64,000 nucleotides of DNA from Octopus sinensis (lineage: Eukaryota): assembly GCF_006345805.1 (NCBI RefSeq), contig NC_043005.1, positions 22,630,001 to 22,694,000 of the forward strand, written 5' to 3'. Each line of letters begins with the position of its first letter. The first letter of the stretch is position 1. The notes beneath the pieces are model-generated. The model was given only the letters and a program-made list of their open reading frames with translations, ran no database searches and was not told the origin of the DNA. Positions 53,196 through 64,000 of the stretch are shown in pieces. The position numbers and the translations under genes are program-made.

Positions 53196-53591
53196 TCTTT
53201 ATATATAAAAGTCAAGTTGTGTGTCTGTCTCCTGCGATTTAGATTCCTAACTACTCCCACATTTTGCGGTGCAGTTTAACCAAAACCGGGTATCTTATAG
53301 TCGTGATTCATATCGAGCCCTTCTGGGTATTAGCGCGCGTCTACGATGAGTCTACAATTTTTTAAAAAATTTACCATCATTTTTTTCCATTTTAATGCAT
53401 TTTTTCGCTATTATATAAGGGAAGTAATTCTCTAAAAATGTCTACGATGAGTCAACGATTTTTTAAAAAATTTACCATCATTTTTTTCCATTTTTAATGC
53501 ATTTTTTGCTATTTTTTGGCTATAACTCTCTAAAAATGCTTATATAGTTATTTCCCTTACAAACCCGAGCAACGCCGGGTGATACTGCTAG
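53196..53591 (+). mobile_element. Non-autonomous Helitron (same family as 1618-2395)
   Basis: A|TCTTTATATATAAAAG start; CCCGAGCAACGCCGGG hairpin and CTAG|T end; internal duplication of about 100 bp. Confidence 0.9.
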
Positions 53592-53685
53592 TATTATATA
53601 TTTCCATAAATTTATTATATTTAAATGTTTTTATCTTGTATATGTACTAGGTGCATTGTACAATGCTGGTTACGTGTCTTCTGTT

Positions 53686-53998
53686 ATAGCCTCCGGCCGA
53701 CCAAGGCCGTGTAAGTGGATTTGGTAGATGGAAATTGAAAGAAGTCCGTCATATATGTGTTTGCATGTGTGTGCGTGTGCGTGTATTTGTGTATGTCGTA
53801 TGTCTGTGTTTGTCCCCGTCGCCATCGCTTGACAACCGATGCTGGTGTGTTTACGTCCCCGTAGCTTAGCGGTTCAGCATAAGAGACCGATAAAATAAGT
53901 ACGAGGCTTATAAAGAACAAGTCCAGGGGTCGATTTGTTCGATTAACGGTGATGCTCCAGTATGGCTACAGTCAAATGACTGAAACAAATAATAGAAT
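53686..53998 (+). mobile_element. 5'-truncated type 2 SINE
   Basis: TATAGCCTCCGGCCGACCAAGGCC...AAATGACTGAAACAA. Confidence 0.85.
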
Positions 53999-54479
53999 AT
54001 TTCTGCGTTTCTTTATGTAAAACTTGAACAATGAAAAATATAGAGAACGTTCTTAAATTTGTTATGTTATTATTATAGAAATAGAAGATAATAAACTAAT
54101 TAATTGGATAGATGGCTAAATGTCGATATTAAAATACATGTCGTTTCAGAGTATTACATAAAAATAAGCATGAAGTTTGTGCACATCTCGTGGAACAAAG
54201 ATTCTGGTGTGAAGTTTAAATCGTCACTTTATATAACCCTAAGCACGACATTCCAGAAACTTCGAATTGCATATGGACGAAATTTTCATAATCCATTAAT
54301 GATCGCCGCCGTTAATCGATACATGCCAACAATGCTGATTGGCCGTAAACGTTCACATGGGGATTCTATTCTCTCAAGGGTTTGGTTGTGCCTTTTATGG
54401 CTATATGTGTAAACTGTAGTATTTTGGTAGAAATCCAAGCAAGGTGGTTCGAATCTGGCTAGAACATAGCATCAAGTGC

Positions 54480-54830
54480 ATGAACAGTATAGAGAACAAA
54501 GCACAAAACACAAAATTAAAAGAAACATAAATGAAAAAGTGTGCATAACCACATCAAGAGTAGTGTTGGCAAATTTTGGGAAGATGAAAGTTTTGACTGT
54601 TGTGTGCTGATAAATAACAACTGCCACGGATGTTTATGCTATGCTTCAACAATTCTGAATGTGAAAAAATATTTCCGAACATCATAGATGCTGCGCTGTT
54701 TTATATTAAATAAGAATGTCCATGGGTAATAAAGATATTCAATTCAAAAAGGTGGCCAAAGTTGTTGGAAAGGTGGTGGATATCTTGCGTATCTTGAGTA
54801 TCTGTGTCTATTATCATTACTGGGAAAATA
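54480..54830 (-). pseudogene. CR1-like C-terminal remnant
   Basis: GHSYLI..RKYFFTFRIVEA*HK resembles the CR1 end motif RG H...R..FF..R.V..WN.LP. Confidence 0.5.
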
Positions 54831-55264
54831 CATAATTAATCAGGTGTAATGTAGGCGACTAAGAGTCGGTGATCGTGTTTATAGTCTTAACTTTAACCCT
54901 TCTCAAATATAACAATATTGGTTTCAATATATGATTTCAGACTCAGAATTCTTTCAAGACATATTGAAAATCCAAATACCCATATCTTCTTTCTTCATAG
55001 ATATCTATTTATGTTTCTATAGAAACGTTTACGTATAATTCCGACTGTATTACTTAAAAATATAATGACACACACATATTTCAAAACTTATGTCTCCAGA
55101 TATGACACTTTTGTCACGAAAATATTAATCATATGATTAGCGGGAGTGGTATTAATGGTAAACTTTTTGGGATGTTCCTGAAAACTTTATCAGAAAAAAA
55201 AAACTGAAAGCGTAGACTAGTTGTGTCTGTATCAAAAGTAGCTCATCTGCTATTTTTTCTCTTT

Positions 55265-55289
55265 CTCCCCTCCTCTCTGTCTCTGTCTG

Positions 55290-55328
<39 letters not shown>

Positions 55329-55366
55329 CTTTATGTCTCTGTTTGTCTGTCTCTCTCTCTTTCTCC

Positions 55367-55447
<81 letters not shown>
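55265..55447 (+). repeat. Long (CT)n polypyrimidine tract
   Basis: Directly visible. Confidence 0.95.
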
Positions 55448-55448
<1 letters not shown>

Positions 55449-55982
55449 AATCTCACCATCAGAACATAATCCCATTGCTAAAACTGTATTTTTAACTCTG
55501 CTCTATATCATCACTATCTTCAACTAACATTTTTAACCACGTAATAAATATTACATTCACCCTACCTCATGACATGAACGCTTATCTCACCATCTTTTCT
55601 CTCTCCCTCTTTTTCTTTCTTTCTCTTTCTGCCTCACTTCTCACCTTATCCTCTTTTCCTCTCTTGCTCTTTTCTTTCTCCCTCTTTTTCTTTAATCACA
55701 TAAAAGCGTTACTGACGGGTTAAGTAACGTAATGACAAGCAGAATTATTACAAGATGTTTTTGTATCTGCTTGTCAATCTGTAAACTAAAGTTCCATCAT
55801 ATGCTGTTCATATTGTCAATTCCCAAGACATGTGGTGAGGCATATCCTTATCTCATACCTATTTCTTTATGGTGTTAGTGCTGGTAACATAATCATCTAC
55901 AACATCATCTAATATAAGGGACGATCAAGAACAGTGCCCAAGAGGCATTTTGCGCAGTAAATATAAATATTTTAATACTTAC

Positions 55983-56057
55983 CCAACATACATACTTGTG
56001 TAGAAAATGCTGTTTATTGTACTGGATTCTTGTAAAGTTTGCTCCGTTTTATCGCCA
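55983..56057 (-). CDS. Internal exon of the MFS-type transporter
   Basis: GACTTTTAG| acceptor and |GTAAGT donor; GDKTEQTLQESSTINSIFYTSMYV(G); phase 2 at both ends, matching the neighbours. Confidence 0.8.
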
Positions 56058-56329
56058 CTAAAAGTCAAACACAAATACAATTTGTCAAAGATGTAAACTG
56101 AACTGTAATGCAATGTCTGATAAATACCTTTTAAACACAATGTTGTCTTGAAATGACTAAAATTAGAGCTTACAATCGCTAATTTTCATCTCCTTGCTGC
56201 ATCCCTACAAAATTATCTGACCACCTTAACCATATAAATCTGTAGTTTCATTTGTTCCAGCTAGTTATGTCCAAAGTTCAAATATCATGGCTTACACAGA
56301 TGGCTAACTTAACCTTTCACCCAGTTTAA

Positions 56330-57365
56330 CACCACAGCGTGGTACCTTGAGTTTCCTTTAGCGAGTTTAGCATAGTTCACTCAGTTTCAAGCAGGAGGAA
56401 CAGATTTCCAGTTCCTCCTTCTCACAAGTCTCTCGGAGGCCCTGTAATGAGTCATGGAAAAAGCCTTCCCTCCTGACTAAAAAATAAAAAAAGAGGAACT
56501 GTATTTCTACGACTGTCGTCAGACTATTCTAATTAACTTCAATTTTCGTCTTCCTTTGACCCATTCCTTTGTTTCCAGGGAAATCTCTCCACTAACCCGT
56601 TGGCCAGTGGATGGTAGGCTGTTATGCGCTTCATTGTGATTCCAAAAGGGTCACACAAGTCATTCTACAGCTTTATCAGGTCCTTGATCTCGGTCTGAGT
56701 TATGAGGGTCTGGACCTAGGGTGGTATCTTACCGTGGAATATTTCCCAAAACAAAAAGAAAAGTGATTCATCAGGGGAAAACTAATGCCAACATCATCTC
56801 TACCAACTCCGAAGGTATGGAATCGCCTAATGATTCCTCCTGTATCTTGGCTGCCGCACCCCGGTCGCTCCGCCGGAATGTATCCACAAACCTTGCGCGT
56901 TGCCGAGGGTTGGGTTAAAATTCCCAGCACCCTTGTGGCTGTGTCTTCTCCTAGTGCCGCTATTACATACGAATATTTCGTTAGGTTTGGAGTTATTTTG
57001 CCTACGTTAAACTACTCTTCAGTCTGCGCAAACCATAGCTCAGCTCTCTTCAGCCAGAACTGTGGTAGCTTCAGTGCTGTTGTGTGATCACTTGCTATGT
57101 TTCTTTGATTTTCTGTTTACTTCGATGTGCGAAGCGAAAGCTGTTGTTCTTCCGAGGGGGTCACCAGTTATAGCTTTAGTTAAGCTATACACAAGCAAAG
57201 TAGCAGAGACCCAGAATGTGCTAGTGAAAGATTTATTGAGTTAAATACATGAGAAGAGCGATAGCCGCCAGTCAAGTCCTGCTTAGTAGAAAGCCCACTT
57301 AACCGGAAGTTAACTTCGCCGCAGATCATCTCCCTAGTTAGACCGCAGCGAAGTTCCTGTCTACA
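56330..57365 (-). mobile_element. Internally deleted Gypsy element: 5' LTR, PBS, gag N-terminus, integrase remnant
   Basis: LTR about 57365-57167 (TGT start, AATAAA); PBS TGGTGACCCC (tRNA-Trp type); LKLPQFWLKRAELWFAQTE..TKYSYVIAAL; RITAYHPLANGLVERF. Left boundary is uncertain. Confidence 0.8.
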
Positions 57366-57652
57366 GTTCATGTCATAGATCTTTGGGTTATACCCTTCAG
57401 CGGATTGATAAAATATTTTATTGATTTATAATTCTGTGATCGGTTCCTCGCATGGAACAATACTAGCTATAACTCAGTGTTCTATCTGGGTAGACAATTA
57501 TCTCTTATCTGTTTTACAGTTTGGAAACACGGGTTAAGCATCTACACAATGGATGCTAATAATTCGAGCAAGTTTTGGTTCTCTAACTGAAGAAAACTCT
57601 TGTGAGCGTACCTCTTTCATTCAAATACCACATACTAACTATGAAAACGATA

Positions 57653-57730
<78 letters not shown>

Positions 57731-57732
<2 letters not shown>

Positions 57733-58910
57733 AGCAGTATAGCCGGCGTTGCTCGGGATTAAGTTAAGATTATTAAGTGATCAAGCGCTTTATTTCAAAC
57801 CAAAATAAGTGACACCAACAACAAATTTGAGGGAAATCCGTTGAAATTGGTAGTAAACATTTAGCTGAAAATGGGTTTCATGCAAGTTGATTGGGAAATC
57901 CCATAAGGAATCGGTTTATCGATTATTTCCACTCATCGATTTTTTTTTGAGAACTTAAAGCATTCAAATATCCCATGAGTCCTAAGTAATGCTAACATCA
58001 AGTTTGAGCAAAATATATCAAAATTGGTAAAAGTTATGGTTGAAAATGGGGTGTAGCCAATTTTAGTGGGAAATCCTATAAGGAAACGGTTTATCAATAT
58101 TTTATCCTGATTGAAAGGAAAACCCCAAATAGATGCCTGCCACTGATAGTGTTTGGCCTTGAGATTTGTTGATGGACATGGTGAAGCATGGTCTCACTGG
58201 GGACTGCGATCTGCGGAAGTTAAACGGCATGTCTGACCCCGAGGGATAAAGCTGCATCCTTGAAATGAAAACATTTTCACCCCTCCTGCATCCTGTAACA
58301 ATGGTGGCCTCAAGTATGTGGGACGTCAGGGACTTGATTACTAAGCGGGTCCCGTTGCACTGTTTAGGCGGAAGCAAGTTTCTGATTAGCATAATTTGGC
58401 ATCCAACCCTTAGCCTAAGAATGTGAGGTGGAAGCCCTCGATAGGGTAATTGACTCTGTCTTTGGGGTCAGAGATCCGGTCACTCGATTTGTAGATGCGC
58501 TCCTCACCCGGAATTCGGCTTATGAACTGGTCGTTGATAGCACTGACCAGGATGGTTCTTTCACTGAGCCAATTGATGTCTGCATAATTACTTTCCAGAT
58601 TGGGGAACACTGTTTCCAAAAGATCGGAAGGGTTGCCCACGGTGTTGCACAGTTCAGAGCTGGATATGTCGCCCTATCATTCCTAGGGACCTTGCCTTCT
58701 CCAAGGGTTAAAATGTATTCAGCAAATGCTGCAGACGTGCTATCACCAAGCAAGTGCGCACGCATGTTTGTGCTTAGGCTTAAGGTTGTAACCTCGAGCC
58801 ACAACGTGGATGACTTAAGGCATGCGCGCACTTCATCAGCCCGGCTCCCTTTAGGGGTGACAGGAAAGGTTTGCCGGAAATCTCCTGAAAGCAATAGAGT
58901 TACATCACAC
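57731..58910 (-). mobile_element. Helitron 3' part with PIF1-like helicase remnant
   Basis: [44 protein letters not shown]; 3' hairpin CCGAGCAACGCCGG and CTTG terminus at 57731. Confidence 0.9.
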
Positions 58911-59018
58911 ATAGATGCACACATATACATATATATACATGCACACATATACATATATATATATATATATACACACACACATATGTACATATACATACAT
59001 ACACACACACACACACAC

Positions 59019-59103
<85 letters not shown>

Positions 59104-59707
59104 GCATATATTGTGTGTGTATAAGGTTCACTTCCTATGTTATTTGTATCCGCGCTCTTTATATAAATTTATATTTATTTTATATCTATCTCTATTTCTT
59201 ATGTTTATCACAGGTATGTGATAAATATATTTATTTGCATTTTTATTTATCTATCTCTATTTCTCATATGTATCATAGGTATGTGTATATATGTCTATTG
59301 TGTGCATTACCCTGTTTGTATCGGTGTTTTATTTATTTTTTCCTTCTCTCTTCTCCTTCTTTCTGTCTTTAGTCGTCATGTTGTGTGATGTAGTGGTGGG
59401 TGTTATTTTTCCATTCGTGTTTACTATTGGGGCTCTGTCTGTATATGTCTATGTGTGTAGCCTCTGTAATCTAAGTGCTTTGTCAGTTCTATGCGTCGAA
59501 ATAGCAGGAAAGAGAGACACGAAAAAGAAGGAGGAAAGCAAAGGACCACTGATGAGGTTAGAAAAGTGTGACGAAAGAATTCTGGCCAAAATACAATTAA
59601 TATGAAATAAAGCTGAAGCAAGCAAACACTGAATAAATAAAGTGTGTGTGTTGTAATAAGCTACGTTGGCAACATGACTATCCCCAAATGCAACATTATA
59701 TATATAT

Positions 59708-59826
59708 ATGGTTCCGGGTTCAGTTCCACTGCGTGACACTTTGGGCAAGTGTCTTCTACTATATCCTCGGGCTGACCAAAGCCTTGTGAGTGAATTTGGT
59801 AGAAGGAAACTGAAAGTAGCCTATCG

Positions 59827-59860
<34 letters not shown>
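59708..59860 (+). mobile_element. Partial type 2 SINE
   Basis: GGTTCCGGGTTCAGTTCCACTGCGTGACACTTTGGGCAAG. Confidence 0.8.
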
Positions 59861-59863
<3 letters not shown>

Positions 59864-60194
59864 CTGTGTGTATGTCCAACCAACGTCAAGTTGTGTGATG
59901 TGGTGGTGGATGTTACTTTTCCATTCGTGTTTTCTGTTGGGTCTCCGTCTGTCTATTGCTATGTGTGTAGCCTCTGTGATCTAAGTGCTGTGTCAGTTCT
60001 ATGCGTCGATAATTCCTTAACCTCTATGCTATTAATCGTGCCAACATTCTCGAGCATGTTGGCAGAGTACGGTTACCCATCACCACACCACACATGACAA
60101 CTAAAGACAGAATGAAGGAGAAGAGAGAGAAAAATACATATATATACACACACACACATGCACACACATAGACACACACACATGCACACACATA

Positions 60195-60232
<38 letters not shown>

Positions 60233-60399
60233 TCAAACACGGACGCAAACGCATGTGCATATAAAGATATATATCATAGAACAAGAGATTGAAATAAGTG
60301 GAGCAAGAGCACACACGAAGACGGAAAGTGTCGCTGAAGTGGTCACAGATGTGTGACGAAAGATTTACTGACAATGGAATGAGAACAGCAATAAACGAA

Positions 60400-60563
60400 C
60401 GGCTGTATGGTAAGTAGCTTGCTTACGAACCACATGGTTCCGGGTTCAGTCCCACTGCGTGGCACCTTGGGCACGTGTCTTCTACTATAGCCTCGGGCCG
60501 ACCAAAGCCTTATGAATGGATATGGTAGACGGAAACCGAAAGAAGTCCGTCGTATATATGTAT

Positions 60564-60627
<64 letters not shown>

Positions 60628-60880
60628 GTAGTATATGTATATATGTTGTGTGTGTGTGTATGTATGCATGTATGTATATATGTTTGTGTGTCTGTGTTTG
60701 TCCCCTCAACATTGCTTGACAACCGATGTTGGTGTGTTTACATCCCTGTAACTTAGCGGTTCGATAAAAGAGACCGATGGAATAAGTACTAGGCTTACAA
60801 AGAATAAGTCCTGTGTCGATTTTCTCGACTAAAGACGGTGCTCCAGCATGGCCACAGTCAAATGACTGAAACAAATAAAT
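60400..60880 (+). mobile_element. Near full-length type 2 SINE with an expanded internal TA/GT tract
   Basis: GGCTGTATGGTAAGTAGC A box, GGTTCAGTCC B box, CACCTTGGGCA core, AATGACTGAAACAA end. Confidence 0.9.
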
Positions 60881-61565
60881 GATTAAGTCACTACTTCTAA
60901 TTGTTGTTACTTGCTACTTCTATAAAAATATAAAATAACCTAAAATATTTTTTGCACTTATTAATCAATAATTAGAAATTTGGAAATAGGCTATAAAAAT
61001 AGTAGTAGTACATAATTATAATAATAGAATAATACAAAAATTGGTTATATGTTACAGTAAAATCTACCTATAACATTAAAATTTGCTTGAGTTATTGCCT
61101 AAATTATTACGAAGTCTTCACTTGTTTAATCTTGACCTAATGCCTATTTTTTCCATAATGAATTTGATTACCATATATACTATTCTACTTTGCATAAAAC
61201 TTTAGCTATAATGGTACTTCTCTTCAGTATTCTAGTGTGTCAATATTTTTACAAAATGATGGTACCTTTTTTTAAAAAATTATAATGTTACTTTATAAAT
61301 TAAAATCAAATAATTGTTTATAATCAAAATTTATCCTTCGCCGCAATATTTTAAGTAAAAATTTTCTTATTCTGTACTTTACCAGATGTAACAACTTCTG
61401 AACTTTTCCGAGTGAAATAACTTATCCTGTACATTTCCAGTTTTATAATCTTAAGAATATTATTTCTCTTGCTCGCATTTTCCCATGTAATATGTGTGTG
61501 TATGTATATGTGTCTGTAAACGTGTGTGTGTATATATTTGTATATATGTGTGTATGTATGTATAT

Positions 61566-61627
<62 letters not shown>

Positions 61628-61790
61628 AATTGAGATAGGGGTTGTAAATGCAACCCTCTATGGGATAACGTATATCCAATATACTGCTAGTGAAGTACCC
61701 AACAAAGTTAATACATAAACGTTAATGATTGCGGTAGGACAAGGAGAAAGAAAAAGAAAGAAGCAAGAGGAGAGAGATAATTTTACTTAC

Positions 61791-61886
61791 CAAACATACT
61801 CACAAAGCAACTTATATATTATCACGGATGACAGATTATAGAAATACCCAAATAGCGTAATAGCAATGACATCCAACCAAATATAT
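61791..61886 (-). CDS. Internal exon of the MFS-type transporter
   Basis: TTCCTTGCAG| acceptor and |GTAAGT donor; YIWLDVIAITLFGYFYNLSSVIIYKLLCEYV(C); phase-compatible with 55983-56057. Confidence 0.8.
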
Positions 61887-63299
61887 CTGCAAGGAATCAA
61901 AAAGGGTGATCTTAAGACAGACTAGAACATGTGTGTGTGTTGCGTGCGCGTGCATATATATATATATACTACTTATCTATGATTATCTGCCCGTATTTAA
62001 TCGTCTTTATTCCAAAATCATGTGGAATATTTCCTTAGAGGCTTACTACATCAAAACGAAGTAAAAGTGAATTCGTTTCTGTTATTTGGGAAAGATAGCA
62101 CAGGAAGTCGATGTAGAGGAAAGCTATAGCACTGAATAATTTAGAAAGTATATTGAAAAGGCATGAAAGAGATACCTTGACGACTGCTTTTAATCCGGAC
62201 AGAAACTCTAAATACTCTGGAAAAGATCAATATCTTCCTGAACAACCTTCCTCCTCGTTTCTTTCTCGCTCACACATCTATTGATATTTTCAATATTTTT
62301 CTCCTCATAAACAAAACTTATGGAATGATGTCAAAGTAACACACGTGTAGTCCCAACCGAGTGAGGTCATGTTATGTGTATGTGCTTATATTAATCTGTC
62401 AAATGTAATGCTTATTTGTTCACGGTATTTTGAATTATTCAGGTTCAAGAGGGGTGTCCACAATATTTGCTTGTAAATTTTTTACATAAAGATTTGAAAT
62501 TTTTCCAGTGGGTGCTTTATATACCACTGGTTTGTAGTTACGTAATTTTAGCTGATATAACTGCGTAAATTTGACTTTCATGTTCAGGTAATTTTAATTA
62601 ACAGGTGTAAAAGCAATAACATTGAAATTCTTAATGCATCTTGTTTGATTTGTTACTAAAATTATCGCAGGTGACAACCGACAAAAATTTTGCCAGTTTT
62701 CAAGAAGAGCGGTACAAGATTTTATTCTTTCGGTAAATATTTCGTACCTAGGTGTAGAATAATTTCTTTCCATAGTCTTTTTTCGGGTGCATTCAACGTA
62801 TCTGACCTCCAAACATGTCGCAAGCCACATTTTTTCCGGAAAGAATGATGGGAGGGGTGACGGGGATCTCGAAGTTTCCAACCAAGGAAGTTTTGCTTCG
62901 CGGGACTTTTTTTCTTTCCTAGGTTATTTTGCATGTTTTCAACGAATATGACATCGAAATTACGCATAAACAGCTCAGATTCGGCTGCTATTTCGAGCAT
63001 GCCCTGCTACCACGTAACAGCTGCTTGCGTTTACACTGAAATATTTACCAACTTTTTCCTTCTATTTATTTTTTCCACTTTATGGAAGTCAATATTTTCT
63101 CTGTTGACATCCACCTCGGCGAGGTCACAGATCAAGTGGAAAGACATCAATCACTGTTCCCTCTTGAGAGGACAAAGCAATTTTCCGCTCTCTTTGCAAA
63201 AAAACAAGCGGGTGGATTTGGTTTCAAATCCAGGCAGGGCCAAACGAGGTCCTACAAGTTATTTATAATAATAAGTGGCGTTATATCGGGGTTCAAAGA

Positions 63300-63537
63300 A
63301 TGACGCATACAATATTAAATGTGCTAAAACAATCTGAAAACAATAGAAACTTTTAAACGTTTATCAGTTTTTATGAAATTTTTGCGTTAACGGACTTGAG
63401 TTAACAGAAGCTACATGTAACGGAAGTTAATTAGTCCGATGATGATTTTTAAAGTTAACTTAAAATTAAGTCGTTAACAAAAATGTTAACTTCGTTAAAT
63501 AGCGATTAACGGATTAACGGACTTATGCCCAGCTCTA
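63300..63537 (-). mobile_element. Possible hAT-type terminus with subterminal repeats
   Basis: TAGAGCTGGGCATAAG start on the minus strand and multiple TTAACG/GTTAAC repeats; no matching opposite terminus was identified. Confidence 0.4.
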
Positions 63538-64000
63538 TATATTCACTACCGTTTTCTGTACCTATCCCTCCACCTTGATGTCTTTCAAACATATCACCCC
63601 ACCTCCCACTCCTCACACATATTCAATCCTTACATTCTTATATCTTCCTATCCCTCTTCTACTCCCCTCCCAACCTCATGATATCTTGACCACCATCAAA
63701 CATTCCTTTTTCATTTTATCTTCTTCTTTCTTTCTTCTTTCTCCATCTATTCCTTTTGACCATTCTCCTCATTTTAACATACATGCCTATTCTCTTCTCT
63801 CTATCAACTGAATACTATCACTACGTTTTCAAAATTTCATTCACGCCACATGACCCCTTTGAATGAACAGTACATGGAATCTTCGTCTCTACACTTTCCA
63901 TTTGTAATAACAAAATATAAACTCCTATCGGAATTTACATGCCACGAACAAGAAGCATTTTTACCATTTCTACACACTGCTTTCTTTGGATAATGGAACT

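Noticed and set aside
58428-59372. 314-aa plus-strand ORF
   Set aside because: It is antisense to the Helitron helicase and runs into a TA tract.
62450-63300. Transposase CDS
   Set aside because: There are faint Tc1-like and BED-finger-like hints but no diagnostic motif I can support.

Overview
AT-rich, microsatellite-dense metazoan genomic DNA. The SINE and LINE families look most like those of an octopus (cephalopod) genome, but that is an inference from recalled repeat sequences. Most of the window is transposable-element debris: three tRNA-headed SINE types, R4/Dong-type and NeSL-like REL-endonuclease LINEs, RTE, CR1-like and Tx1/L1-clade LINEs, Penelope-like elements, Gypsy remnants, a mariner, Helitrons and MITEs. 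One host gene is visible: four phase-compatible minus-strand exons (61886-61791, 56057-55983, 47516-47423, 45880-45746) encoding the C-terminal end of an MFS-type, SLC18B1-like transporter. The most unusual observations are: (1) a small repeat carrying a minimal hammerhead ribozyme, once behind a tRNA-like head, with one retro-inserted copy (10-bp TSD) that starts at the predicted self-cleavage site; (2) eight same-orientation Tx1-clade copies, nearly all bounded by (GATA)n, implying a GATA-microsatellite-targeting LINE that stacks head-to-tail; (3) (AAT)n arrays acting as shared landing pads for REL LINEs and oppositely oriented SINEs; (4) a long foldback element split at an A|T site by a stack of Helitrons. 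No CRISPR, rRNA or genuine tRNA genes were found. Most ORF-track entries are microsatellite or antisense artefacts. Boundaries of decayed elements are approximate.
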